NCBI RefSeq assembly: GCF_006345805.1 | Contig: NC_043004.1 | Location: 99,138,001 to 99,202,000, forward strand | From: Octopus sinensis | Lineage: Eukaryota | Reading direction: 5' to 3' | DNA: 64,000 bases | Shown here: piece by piece, positions 49,433 to 62,936 of the stretch | Layout: each line of letters starts with the position of its first letter | Numbering within the stretch: the stretch's first letter is position 1 | The notes under the pieces: model-generated | What the model saw: the letters and a program-made list of their open reading frames with translations, nothing else | What the model was told of the DNA's origin: nothing | The model's database searches: none | Made by a program: the position numbers and the translations under genes

Positions 49433-50550
49433 ACTGGAAAATATTAATACTAGTCTTTAGATAAAAAATTAACGTGTTCCTTCCATTTTCTTGTATTCTT
49501 TATCTAGAGTTCGTTTCTTCAATCAGCTCTGTCCCCAACTTCCATCTTCCATTTCCTGCTTCCCTTCTGACATCATCTTCTTGTATTAATATTTTATTGT
49601 CATCCTCTTCAGTTTCATCTTTCCGACCCCATTGTCTTGCCCTCACTATATCAATCTTTTTCAATTATCCGTTTTTATCTCCAATTCTCCCTTTTCGCAT
49701 TATTGTCTCCTTTCTTCCATCTTCTGTATTTCATCTGACATATTTTCACTTCTTCATCTCGCGCCATCATCAGTCTTATTCATTATTAGATTGTCTCGTT
49801 TCATCCCCTCCTACACTTTTCCTTTTCGTCTTCGACTTTCTGCTTCTATCTTCTCCGCTCCACCCCCCAGCCATTCTCTCTCTCTCTCTCTAATCTCCTG
49901 AAAATCAAAAGCCCTTCTCAAATCATTGAAATTCTCTTATCGTCCTCTTTATACCTCTCCTCTGCACATGAACCCCCTAACATTATACGTATTTCGAAAA
50001 GAACATTTTATTGAACTTAGATTTTAGTCATTCAGACCATGACTAGCTTCCTTCGCTTTTTGGCTTTAAATTCATCGCTCTGCACCCACTTACACACACT
50101 TACTCACATACACCGCACATACGCATCACCACCTCCGCCGCCGCCGCCAACGCGACCACCACTGCCACCACTATCATCATCATTGTCATCATCATCACTA
50201 TCATCGTTTTTTACCCTTTTTCTTCTTCAAGATCCATCAAACGTTCTAGACACAATTGTCATTTTATCCAGCCATGAACGATTATTTTCTCCTTTCTCTT
50301 ATTTATTTTCATATTTATCAATTTATTCATCTATTCATTTTATTCATCTATCTATCAATTCATTTGCCACATCCAATCATACATAGCTAGCACTGTAATT
50401 GTTTCAGAGTCGAAGAACAAAAGACCCTGTTATCTCCCAGATTTCGTGTCGGCATTCTTCATGTCTCTGTTTCACGGTCCACATTTTCGTTTGCAAGTCA
50501 CTCTCTATGAATTTCTACGAATTTCCATTGGTCACACACACACACACACA

Positions 50551-50581
<31 letters not shown>

Positions 50582-51444
50582 CAGGGTCAGAAATACATAT
50601 ACAAACAATATACCGTAACACATACACACATGTATACTTGCATATGAAAGTGAAAGTACGTATGTGTATCTGATTGTCGGGTGTGTATGTGTATACGCAC
50701 TGTCCATACTGATGTTCATCTGCGTATACATATGTATATATATATTTATATATACAAATATATTTATATGCATGTATGCACGCACAAACACACATATATA
50801 TATATATAAATATATTATACATATATATAAACCCGCGCCTGTGCACGTACATACACACATACATACACACACATATATATTCGCATATTTATATATCTTA
50901 TATGAAGAGACAGAGATGCAAAGAAATCGGGAGAGCTACTGTGTGGGCGAGCGAGAAAGTGAGAGAAAGTGTGACAGACACGGAGGTGTCTAAGATTCAA
51001 GAAATATCTCTATAAACCATCAGCAGAAATAGACAAAATTGAGTGATCAGAGTGTGTAAACTGAGGCCGTTTATATCTGCTATCATATTTACATATAAAG
51101 GATATTGATTATATATATATACATACACACACACACACACTCACATATATATATATACATATACATATGTGTATATATATACATATATATATACAAATGT
51201 ATGTACACATACACACGCACATATATATATGCATACATATATACATTTATAAGTGCATATATTTATACATACGTATGTTTCGAAGAATGAGAATGAGTGC
51301 TCAACACTCCATTGGTGCAGTGCATAAAAATTCTTTATTTGTGTATTAAGTCTACCATTGGTTTCATGTTAAGGAAATATCTTAATATCTTAATCTTTCA
51401 AGCCGATTAGATGGAGGAATAGTATTCGTATATAATATAGAACT

Positions 51445-51540
51445 CGACTGAGGAAAGAAAACTCCGAAAGACCCGTCCTTGTTTTCTTTGTCTCGTCTAT
51501 CTGGATGTTTTGCGTTCTTGTCCCATTTTATATTTTTTCA
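51445..51540 (+). mobile_element. Penelope-like terminal relic; its 3' part recurs inverted at 53625-53690
   Basis: GTCCTTGTTTTCTTTGTCTCGTCTATCTGGATGTTTTGCGTTCTTGTCCCATTTT matches the reverse complement of 53630-53685; abuts (TA)n. Confidence 0.5.
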
Positions 51541-52690
51541 TATATATATATATGCGTATGTGTGTGTGTGTGTGTGTACAGCGGCGTACGTACACGTTGG
51601 TCTCTTATAAGTAAGTATATATTTATCTAAATCTTGTACGACTCTATTATTTTATTCTATCCTTCTTTCTATCAGCCCTTTCACGCTTACTTCATTCATT
51701 CCACTTTTCGTTGTTTCATTTCCCCTCTCTCTTACATTTCATTGCCTTCTCTTCATTCTCACTTTCCCTCCTATTTTCACTTCACTCTCTCCCTGTCATT
51801 TTTTCTCGCCCTTCCTTATTTCTTCTGTCCCTCTGTCTCTACCTCTCTCTCTTCTCTCCCCACGTGACCGGTGTTCGACCAAGCCTGACCTTTCTTTCTT
51901 GGTTTAGCCGGTGTCCGTGCAACATCTATATTCTTCCCTGTGCCTGTGAAATCTTGCATCCCTTTATAGTAGTAGTAGGAGGAGTAGAGTGAAGTCACTG
52001 ACACCTAAGTATTTTGGATTCTCTAAAGACCCACTTCTATCAATAAAAATATTAATTATTTTTCGTAGTCCCAGCTTTCGTTTCGATAAGCAAGATTTAT
52101 TTTCAAGTCGTCAGAGTCGTTTAAATTTAAGACGTAACATTACTACTTTGAAAAGTTGTTGACAGAATCAAACACCGTTCAGATGGCAAGCGACGTTCCT
52201 TCACCATCTCCACGGTCTTAAAATCTTTTCAATTCAATAATGTTAGGTATATAAAGCGTCCCTGACGATTTGACGATATGTCTCTATTATGCAATTTAAT
52301 TTACGTAACTAATAATTACCTTAAATTCATGAAACGTTCATAACACGGTCTAACTGAGCAATTTCTCATGCTGTACTTCCTAGACGTACTCTGTGAAAAA
52401 TTCAAACCCAGGATTCACTAGTGATACAAAAATAAAAGAAAGGGAATGAATACGAAGTTCAAACTACTAGTTATTTGTCACACATTTTAAAAGTTAATTT
52501 GCACAAACGAAAAGTATATGCACATGCACACGCACACACACATACATGTGTGCGTGTATGTGCATGTATAGCATTCTGAAAATTTGCGTTGATTTCTCAT
52601 TTGGTTAATAATGTTTCAAATATAACTTGCGTGTATCTGGATGACTGTGTATCTGTGCTGTAAGTTATATGGGTGTGTGTGTGTGTGTAC

Positions 52691-52774
<84 letters not shown>

Positions 52775-53583
52775 ATACACCAACAGCAAATTAAAGTAAG
52801 TTTTTATTTGAATAATTATGACGCGCACTCTTACTCTTTACTTGACCTTTCCTCCCTGCCTGTCTGTCTTCCTCTCTACCTGTCTCTCTCCTTCTTATTT
52901 CTCACCCTTTCTGATTTCTTTTCCTCTCTCTCGCTCTCTCTCTCTCATTCCTCCTCCTCTCTCTGGCCGTTGGCCGGAGTGCTACTAAACTTTCTTTCTG
53001 CACGTGCTTTCAACAAGCCAACATCGACTTCTGTCTTTCGCAAGCCGATTTTTCACATGCGTTCTAACTAATTTTTCCACCGTCGAGGCTTTAAAAAAGC
53101 CCTTATTGTTGGTTTCCTTGTCCTGTTATTCTTTATTTGTACTGTTTTTTTCTTCATTTGTACTGCTTTTACGTCCTGTTCTTGTCACTTGTTTTACCCC
53201 TCTGCAAAATAATTTTATTTAATTCCTTTTGCAGGAAGGACTTTTTCGGCCGGGTCGTGTTCTGCCCTTACCTTCGAAACACGCATTGAGTCGAACCAGG
53301 TGCAGCTGACGAAGGGGAATTTTCCTTGTATTGTTTGTCCTGTACTCTGTTTTTTCCTTGTTAAAAATGTCCGTTACCTTGTTTGATTTTATGTTTTAGT
53401 TTCTCGTTGTGTTCTACGTTTATTTGTGGTGTCCTGTACTCATATATGCAAGTATATATACATATAGATGTAAGTATGTACATATATGTATGTATATATG
53501 CATATGTTTTATTTATTATATCGTTATTATATATATATATTTGTGTATTTATATGTGTACACATATGTTTACATATTTATATT

Positions 53584-53618
<35 letters not shown>

Positions 53619-53689
53619 GTATATATACAAAATGGGACAAGAAAGCAAAACATCCAGACAGACGACACAAAGAAAACAAGGACGGCAAA

Positions 53690-53814
53690 ACAAAACTTTG
53701 GTCGGTTCGAGGCTATATTAGAAGACACTTGCTCAAGGTGCCACACAATGGGAATGAACCTAGAAGCATGTGGTTGGTAAGCAAGCTACTTACCACACAG
53801 CCACTCCTGCACCT
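53690..53814 (-). mobile_element. SINE family A, head only
   Basis: GAAGACACTTGCTCAAGGTGCCAC...TTACCACACAGCCACTCCTGCACCT. Confidence 0.85.
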
Positions 53815-54436
53815 GTTTGATTATATAATTATATAATACTCTTCCAATCCCACCAAATTGAAAGTATAAATTTCTTCGGGTGAAGTACCGCTTTGGAAGT
53901 CGCTTGTGGTGGTTTGCTGCGCTTCTCCCATAACCGTTTGCGCTTCACATTGGTATAGACGATCCATATTTGTGTGTGTCTGTGTGTGTGTGTGTGTGTG
54001 TTGATTCAGCATGTGCAATTTCATACTTTAAATTACGCAACAGAAAACTGTAGTAAGCCCTGTTCTTAGATGCTTGACTTGCACCCGGTTTAACACGACT
54101 ATCTCGTCTATGAGTGTCTCTAATAGAATCCATTCCATTACAAAGATTCAGGCCAGTCTCTAGGCTAAGAATCACTTGCATGTTCTATCTCTTACCAGTG
54201 TTAGGTACTCTGCAAAGGGTCCGGAATGTTGCCCTTCTTCTTCTGCAACCAAGCTGTTAATAGACTATGTAGCACTAGTAACAATAATTAGTAGCCTGTG
54301 CGTTGTCACTCGGTTTGCTAGAAATAGTTGCTAACTAACCCTCAAATTACATCTTAACATCTTAAAGAAAGGAAGGTCATTCAATAATGGTGTACAGGTT
54401 ATGCAATAATTTTATTTAATATTACAAACTATTTAT

Positions 54437-54651
54437 AGGCGGTGACCACGGAGAATCACCAGAACGCCAGGCAAAATGCTTAGCGGCACTTCGGCCGTCT
54501 TTACGTTTTGGGTTCAAATTTCCCCAAAGTCGAATTTGCCTTTCATCCTTTCGGGGTTGATAAAATAAGTACTAGTTGAGTACTGGGGTCGATGTAACCG
54601 ACTTATACCCACTCCTGAAATTGCTGGCCTTGTGTCAAAATTTGAAACCAG
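54437..54651 (+). mobile_element. SINE family C, degenerate
   Basis: AGGCGGTGA head; GTCGAATTTGCCTTTCATCCTTTCGGGGTTGATAAAATAAGTAC body. Confidence 0.8.
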
Positions 54652-54929
54652 TACTGAAGGATAGTTATTTATAATTGGAATGTCTATGAGTAAAGTTGTG
54701 TTCGACTAAGGCCAACCTAAGACTAAACTTTGAGGGCAACAATAACGATTGTAGTTAGAGCAACAAAAGACCACCACAACAACAACAATAATGGCAATAA
54801 TAAGTACAACGACGGTAATAGCAATAAAACCATAACGGAAGTAATTAAAAATTGATGATATATAACAGCAGCCGAAACAACAACATCATTATTAATGAAT
54901 GTCTCAAGCAGAACAATATTATTAGAGTC

Positions 54930-55142
54930 CTTCTCCTCCTCCTTCTCCTCCTCCTCATCATCATCGTCATGATCATCATCATCATCACCAAAATCATCAT
55001 CATCATCATCACCATCGTCATCATCACCATCGTCATCATCGTCGTCGTCATCACCATCATCATCATCATCATCATCATCATCCCCCACCACCACCACCAA
55101 CACCAACATCATAACCACCACCACCATCATCATCGTCATCAC

Positions 55143-55177
<35 letters not shown>

Positions 55178-55204
55178 CCATCGTCATCATCGTCGTCGTC
55201 GTCG

Positions 55205-55239
<35 letters not shown>

Positions 55240-55420
55240 TCATCATCATCATCAACATCATCATCATCATTATCGTCGTCACTCTCTCGTGGTTCAACTT
55301 TCTTCCTCCTCATATTTACTGTGATCATTACCTTCATCATCATCATTACTGACCATTCTTCTTCTCCTTCTTTTTGCTGCTTCACCAACCTTCTCCACCT
55401 CCTCCTCCTCCTCCTCCTAC
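54930..55420. repeat. (CAT)n/(CAC)n/(CTC)n low-complexity tract
   Basis: Direct read. Confidence 0.93.
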
Positions 55421-55944
55421 TCATCAACGCTTATCTTCATCATCAACAGCAAAAAAAACAAAAAAACGCCTCATCCCAAGTGTTAGAGCAACATAGATTC
55501 AGCCAGTTTAGGTGAGAATGTCTAGACTTGTGATTACAATTTAAATGCATAGAAATTGTTAGCGAAGGCGGTGCATTACCATAATCGCTAGAATGTTGGA
55601 TAAAATGCCATGTGGTAATTAGTTTGCCTCTTTATGCTCTGAGATGAAAAATATGTTAAACACCGGGGTCGTTTAGAATAAGATATAAGTCAAGTACTGA
55701 AATTATCTGTGAACCTTGCCTTATAAATTTCTGGCGTTATGCCCATGTAAAATATATTCCTATTAAAGAATAGAGTATTGTTGTTAGCCTTGTTCTTGAT
55801 GGTTAGGGTGGGAACTTGTGGGGATGTGCGAATGTGTAGGAGGTGATGCTGATTTGGGGGGAAAACAAGAAATTAATGGCAGATGAGTAGGACGGTGGAT
55901 GTCTTAATTCCAACTAAGTTGTATCTTTTATTTTTTTTTAAATT

Positions 55945-56569
55945 TTTACTTGTTTCAGTCATTAGATTGTGGCCATGTTGGGGCACCGCTTTGAAGAATT
56001 TTTAGTCGGAATGAATCAACCCAAGTGTTTTTCTTGAAGCCTGGCACTTATTCTATTGTTTGCTTTTGCTGAACTGCTAAGTTACGGGATCGTAATCAAA
56101 TGAAGAAATAAGCCTGGTACTTATTCTGTTTGCTTTTGCTGAACTGCTAAGTTACGGGGTCGTAATCACATGAACAAATAAGCCTGGCACTTATTCTATT
56201 GTTTGCTTTTGCTGAACTGCTAAGTTACGGGATCGTAATCAAATGAAGAAATAAGCCTGGTACTTATTCTGTTTGCTTTTGCTGAACTGCTAAGTTACGG
56301 GGTCGTAATCAAATGAACATATAAGCCTGGCACTTATTCTATTGTTTGCTTTTGCTGAACTGCTAAGTTACGGGGTCGTAATCACATGAACAAATGTTGT
56401 CAAGTTGGGAGTGGGGAACAAGCGCAAACACAAAGGCATACATACGCATGTATGGTTGGCCCGAGGTTAAAGTAGAAGATACTTGCCCAAGATGTCACGC
56501 AGTGAGACTGAACTCGGAACCATGTGGTTGGGAAAGACGCTTCTTACCAAGCAGCCACGCCTACGCCTG
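55945..56569 (-). mobile_element. Divergent family A-like SINE containing an internal minisatellite
   Basis: Family A tail at 55945 and head ending CAGCCACGCCTACGCCT at 56569. Confidence 0.85.
56037..56395. repeat. Minisatellite, 5 units of 73/70/73/70/73 bp
   Basis: AAGCCTGG(C/T)ACTTATTCT... starts at 56037, 56110, 56180, 56253 and 56323. Confidence 0.95.
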
Positions 56570-56651
56570 TAGGTATAACGATAAACATTAATGAAGCAAC
56601 AAACAAGAAAGCACAACTACATATCACAATATTGTTTACCTGTTACTGAAT

Positions 56652-56741
56652 CTATCGATCGATCGATCGATCCATCCGTCCGTCCGTCCGTCTGTCCGTC
56701 CGTCCGTCCGTCTGTCTGTCTGTCTGTATGTCCCTCTGTCC

Positions 56742-56790
<49 letters not shown>

Positions 56791-56867
56791 TCTCTCTGTC
56801 TATCTATCTAGCTATCTATCTATTTATCCACCTATCTATCTACCTATTTATCTATCTATCTATTTAA

Positions 56868-56906
<39 letters not shown>

Positions 56907-56935
56907 ATATATATATATATCGTATATATATATAT
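56652..56935. repeat. Compound microsatellite (GATC)-(GTCC)-(GTCT)-(ATCT)-(CT)-(AT)
   Basis: Direct read. Confidence 0.92.
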
Positions 56936-56940
56936 TCTCT

Positions 56941-57145
56941 CTCTTTACTCTTTTACTTGTTTCTGTCATTTGAATGTGGCCATGCTGGAGCACCGTCTTT
57001 AGTCGGGTAAATCGACCCCAGGACTTATTCTTTGTAAGCTTAGAACTTATTCTATCGGTGTCTTTTGCTGAACCGCTAAGTTACGGAGACATAAACACAC
57101 CAGCATCGGTTGTCAAGCGATGTTGGGTGGACAAACACAAATACA

Positions 57146-57221
<76 letters not shown>

Positions 57222-57393
57222 CATATATACGACGGGCTTCTTTCAGTTTCCATCTACCAAGTCCATTCAGAAGCCTTTGGTCGGCCCGAGGCTCTAGTAG
57301 AAGACACTTGCTCAAAGTGCCACGCAGTGGGACTGAACCTGGAACCATGTGGTTGGTAAGCAATCTACTTACCACACAGCCACTCCTACGCCT
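56941..57393 (-). mobile_element. SINE family A with an expanded internal (CA)n
   Basis: Reverse complement of 2765-3166. Confidence 0.92.
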
Positions 57394-57408
57394 ATACACA
57401 CACACACT

Positions 57409-57472
<64 letters not shown>

Positions 57473-57719
57473 CTATGTTGTGTTGGTAGTCTAATTTTCT
57501 AGTACATACAATATCGTATATACATACAAATAACACTTGTAACCAGGATTTTATATTATCTTCAATCTATCACCGCACAGCATACGAAGTGATTGCCAGT
57601 TGAAGCTTCAAGAAGGGTACCTGGGTCAAAGAAACGTACCCGTTAAAGCTTCCATGCAACTAATATCTGGATGGAAGAAAAAAACCCCATTAAACGACGG
57701 TGACAAGGACATCGAAGAT

Positions 57720-57860
57720 GTCGACGATGACGAAGTTAATGGTAATGATGATGGTGATGATGATGGTGAGGATGATGATGACGACGATGACGACGATGAT
57801 GTTGATGATGATGATGATGATAATGATGGCAGCGGCGACGATAATGATGATGAAGACTGC
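57720..57860. repeat. (GAT)n microsatellite
   Basis: Direct read. Confidence 0.88.
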
Positions 57861-58021
57861 ATCAGATACACCATTAGATGGCCACCAGGAGCCAACGACG
57901 GAATCTGTTCTAATGTAAACTTTCTGATCTTCATCAAGTAACAGCCATTTTTGTCGAATGATTGGACAATTCTGTAAAACCAAACAACAATAGTAATCTT
58001 TTCTATAGTAGACACAATGCC

Positions 58022-58408
58022 TGAATTTTTCTTATGCTGGGTGGGCTAGCCGATTACATCACGAAAGGATGAAAGGGGAAGTCGACATCGGTGGAATTTA
58101 AACTTAGAATGTAAAGGTGGTCGAAATACTGTCAAACATTTTGTCTGGCGCGGTAACGATTCTTCTAGCTTCCAGCTTTCCAAGTAACAATAATAATCCT
58201 TTCTATTAAAGTCACAAAGCCTGAAAAATTGGAGGGGGTAAGTCGATTACATTGACCTCAGTACTCAACTGGTACCTTTTTTATCGACCCCATGAGTATG
58301 AAAGGTAAAGTCAGCCAAGGCGGAATTTGAACTCAGATCGTAAGGTAGGATGAAATGCCGCTTAGCATTTTTCCCGGAGTGCTAACGATTCTGCTAGCTC
58401 GTTGCCTG
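58022..58408 (-). mobile_element. Two adjacent degenerate SINE family C copies
   Basis: GAAAGGATGAAAGGGGAAGTCGAC (about 58063) and GAAAGGTAAAGTCAGCCAAGGCGGAATTTGAACTCAG (about 58300). Confidence 0.78.
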
Positions 58409-59264
58409 CCAAATAACAATAATAATAAAATTAAATTATATCCAGAAATAAGAATTGTAAAAAATATCATGACTTGAAAATGGTATCTTGAGTGAGAAGG
58501 AAGAGAAATTAATCTATAATAGGGTGTGGGTGTAATTTATCTTAATATTCACATTCTGCGGAATAACAGAGACAAACTATGGCATCATTTGGGGTCCATA
58601 TTGATTTATGTCATTGTAAATCTAAATTCCATTCCATGGTTTTCGGTCATGTCAACAGAGAAAGGTCAGCACCTGTTTATTTTAATTTATGGAATTTTAA
58701 TATCACTTCTTCCTTCCTCTCTTGCATTTGATATCAATGGAATGTGATTTCTAAACGACCAAAATTCCAAGAAATGAATGCCACTTATCAACTCCGGGAA
58801 GCCACTGCCATCATCGACAATGTTATAACATTATAATGTTATAATCTCGAACTAGTCTTACAATTTAATGTAATCATACATTACGAACCTCATTTTTGTT
58901 GACTAGACAAAAATAGTTTCTGGCTCATCTGATTGCTCGGTTTTCCGAGACAGAACTGATCCCAGAAACGTTGACCACCACAAAAGTTCAGATAAAATCC
59001 CTGATAGATTTCTTTTTCACAATTCACACACCTTTTGTCTTCTTTGTCTTCTTTCGTGATTTAGTATGTTGCAACTTGGTATAAACATGGGTCAAGTCTA
59101 TCAAGTACAATGTAAACGTAGATTTTTTTCTAAGGCATCAGTAGTAATGGTTACATAGTTCTGGCATTATAGTGTAAAGCAAAAAAAAATCCAAAAAACT
59201 CTCTTCGACGAAGTGCCGTCTTTGGCAGCCAAATTTATCGGCTGAATTATATTGCAGCAGTAAT

Positions 59265-59396
59265 ATATACATGCATACATACACACATACATACATACAT
59301 ACATACATACATACATACACACATACATACATACACGCATACATGCATACATACATGCATACATACATATATGTGTGTTTGTGCGTGTGTGCGAGC

Positions 59397-59430
<34 letters not shown>
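59265..59430. repeat. (ATAC)n and (TG)n microsatellites
   Basis: Direct read. Confidence 0.92.
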
Positions 59431-62400
59431 GAAAATATGCCTTGAGCGATTTCTTGTGACACTATGTTCTGTGCGGAGCCGAGCTTTTCGAGTAATTTTT
59501 TTCAAAATTTTTATTTTTTGATATAAGTTAGAAACAAATGCTTTCTGTCGATATCATGTCTTTCCCTTCATTCAGAATTCATTTAATTAACAATGAATTT
59601 AGCAATTTGGGATTGTAGCTTGTTAGAATAGAAAAATTAAGTTTAAATATAGAGTAAGTTAAATATAGAAATGAAATGAAATGAAATAAGCACAGTGTAC
59701 AGAAAATTTATGAGAGGAGTCGTAACTAGAATACTTTTGATGTAATTCCCACACAAATGTCAATGGTTTCAATTTAATTGCTGTACGAAAGCAGGAGGAA
59801 TATTGTGGAATCAGGTTGGTAGTATAAATTCGAAATAAATATCTTGCAGTATACTGAAGGAGAAAGTGATCTTTTTCAACTGTATATCCAAAAATGTTTG
59901 GCTACATACCATACTTCACCGTCAGTTCAAAGTTGTTCAGTTTAGATTTGTTGCATGTATCGTGTTTTCTGTGACATCAGGACAGTTACGTTTACAACAC
60001 CTCAGCTCGTCTAGCTTTCGAGAGTAAGTACTAGATTATCTGATAATTTAACTAGTGTCGTGTCCAGTCCAGGAAAATATTTAACTTTCAGGCTTAATAA
60101 TGTCAAAGAAGACTCATACACTGGTCTTTAAATTCTCTTTGGCGTTTAGGAAACATTTTTCTTTTAAGTGTTTTTAAAATGGTTAACATGAAAGCGTAGA
60201 TAAAGGCTCTACCACATCTCACCTGCAATAGATTACAACTTCTCAGATGTAATGCCACTTGCACAAGTATTTATGATGAAAGAGCCAGCTGAAAATGAGA
60301 TTAATCAACAGTCACCCGACTCAAATACACCAGATCTACCAAACCACCAGCATCCTTATATATGTGTTGCAATTGATTAAATTGGCACAAAAGAAAAATG
60401 CCTGATTGAATGAATGAATAAGCAAGCTATGGTTAGAAGTGAGAAATTAAAGAGCATTGACCATCCAATGACATAACATGCCAGCCTGAGCAGCATTCGA
60501 TTTGATGACCTTTCAATTTTCAGTCAAGCACTTTAATCAATGAAGCGTGACAGTTCATAGAAGCCAATGTTACCATGCTTTATCCAATTACATATCAGAA
60601 TACACTCTATCTTCTAAACCAGAAAGATATTCCAATATTCAAACATTTAAGTTGTGGAGAATTACAACCAGGAACCAAATGCTTCACTAAAAACCTGTTT
60701 CCATTGCCAAAATATAATGAACCAGGCATACATTAACCGAGATTTTGTGCTAAATAAAACTCAATAATAACATGCATACTAATCTATATTTCCATTAGGT
60801 TTACTGACCTAGCAATTATGTTTCCGCTGCTTTTCTATATTGACTAACAAAGAGCATTAATAAGCTTTTATGTCCAACTAGTGTCTAGTTTATTGTGCTG
60901 GACGTTTCTAATTTCTTTACATTCATCTTTCCATTTCAATATTCTTACAGCATGAATTTGAGGGGAGTTGGTAGGAACGGTGGAGTGTTTGCCTAAATGA
61001 ACTACAATATTCAGATTCGTTAAACTTTGTTCCAAGTTCATATGCCAGTTAGGATCACCTAAACCTTTATCATTCAGAGTTCGATAAAATTGATGCTGTA
61101 TATTTCCTGGTGTTAAATTTAATCAGCTATGTACTATTAGAGGCCATGTGCAAATACGAAAAATCAATATTCCTGCAGAATGAAGTGTGTTTTAATGGTA
61201 TGTAGTAAACGATAACGTGCGAAACATAATGTTCTGACATAAAATTATTTGTTGTTGAAGACCAATATTAAGCTGAAAAGGTTTCATTAAAAATGATATG
61301 AATACATATTTCAGTTGCTTAAATCAGCACTCAAATATGCGTCAATCATATTTTCTATTAACTATTTTGAATGTGAAACTAATTAAACACATTCTGGAAT
61401 TCATGATATTCATACAAGTTGTTTTTGCTTATTTCTGATTATACGCAAACGAAAAATAGAAATTAGTCATATAAGCTACTGATATCTTTGTCAATTTTAT
61501 ATTTATCCTGTCTTGTGGTAAATATTTACAACTATGCTGACTGAGCCGTGTGAGAGTGGCTACAGATTCAAGGCTACAAGTGAAATTATATGATCTACTG
61601 ATTTATTTGAGGGTTTTCTGCCACTTTTGTAATTTTGGTCTCTATAAGTGCAAATACTTTCTAAAACCCCAAAGACTTTTAACTATTTGACTATATTTCT
61701 TATGAAATACACTGCCTATTTTGAAATAAGCAAGTATTTCAAGAGAGCCAATACAATAAGTAAGTTTATACAAGGACTCATAGAGTCAAGATGGGTGTTT
61801 TTAACGTGATTATAAACAATTTAAGCAAACAATTTTGTATAATTCAATCAGGATTCAAGTTGGTATCAAATAAATTTAAGAACCATGTTGATTGACGTTC
61901 TATGGCAAAAAGTAGGCAAGTGAGGCATAGCTACAATTCTACTTTACGTAATGCTATCTATTATCAATGTATCCCTTATATTTGCTAAGTGTATTGAGGT
62001 AACGTAGAATATTGTGCTGTATCAAAGTAACACAAGTATAGGCTTTAATTTTACAGGCCTTTCTCTTAAGAAACGTAAAACAATAGTTTCTCAACTACTA
62101 ACTACTAACCTCAACAAAGCTCACTCCATAATGGAGAATTGCTTCCACATCTATTTGATGTCACTCCTACTCACACAGACACTCTAGACTACAGAGAGAA
62201 AACCCCCACAATGTATGACAGTGGAATAAAGTCACTGACATATACACAACTCATCTCTGTGCTGTTTCCTCACTCTGCTGGTCTTTACAACAGCTACAAT
62301 GATCTCTGCTTCTCGAAGACGGCTGGTGTCGTGTCACCTGCCCTCAGACACTGTTGATACACTTGTATTTCTACCTCTTCGCACATTGTATCCAAACATT

Positions 62401-62546
62401 CAGGACTTCTAGGAATATCTTTACTACACGTGACTTCTCGCAATAGTCGACCTGCCATAGTTTAAGCGAAGAATTAACGATACCGTCCTCACTATCCTCC
62501 GTTGGCTGCAAAGGTCACAAGCACTGTCACTTTATACATATTAATT

Positions 62547-62936
62547 GGAATGGAAGCACTCCGTCGGTTACGACGACGAGGGTTCCGGTTGATCCGATCA
62601 ACGGAACAGCCTGCTCGTGAAATTAACGTGTAAGTGGCTGAGCACTCCACAGACACGTGTACCCTTAACGTAGTTCTCGGGGATATTCAGCGTGACACAG
62701 AGACTGACAAGGCCGGCCCTTTGAAATACAGGTACAACAGAAACAGGAAGTAAGAGTGAGAGAAAGTTGTGGTGAAAGAGTACAGCAGGGATCACCACCA
62801 TCCCCTGCAGGAGCCTCGAGGAGCTTTTAGGTGTTTTCGCTCAATAAACACTCACAACGCCCGGTCTGGGAATCGAAACCGCGATCCTATGACCGCGAGT
62901 CCACTGCCCTAACCACTGGGCCATTGTGCCTCCACC
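62547..62936 (-). mobile_element. SINE family B1 with 10-bp TSD
   Basis: TSD CATATTAATT at 62537-62546 and 62937-62946. Confidence 0.95.

Noticed and set aside
53233-53299. Strong acceptor TTCCTTTTGCAG followed by an open frame
   Set aside because: The donor (GTGCAG) is weak and overlaps the hammerhead-bearing repeat; not enough support for an exon call.
56037-56395. CRISPR-like appearance of the 70-73 bp array
   Set aside because: Units are contiguous with no unique spacers, derive from a SINE segment, and the context is eukaryotic with no cas genes.
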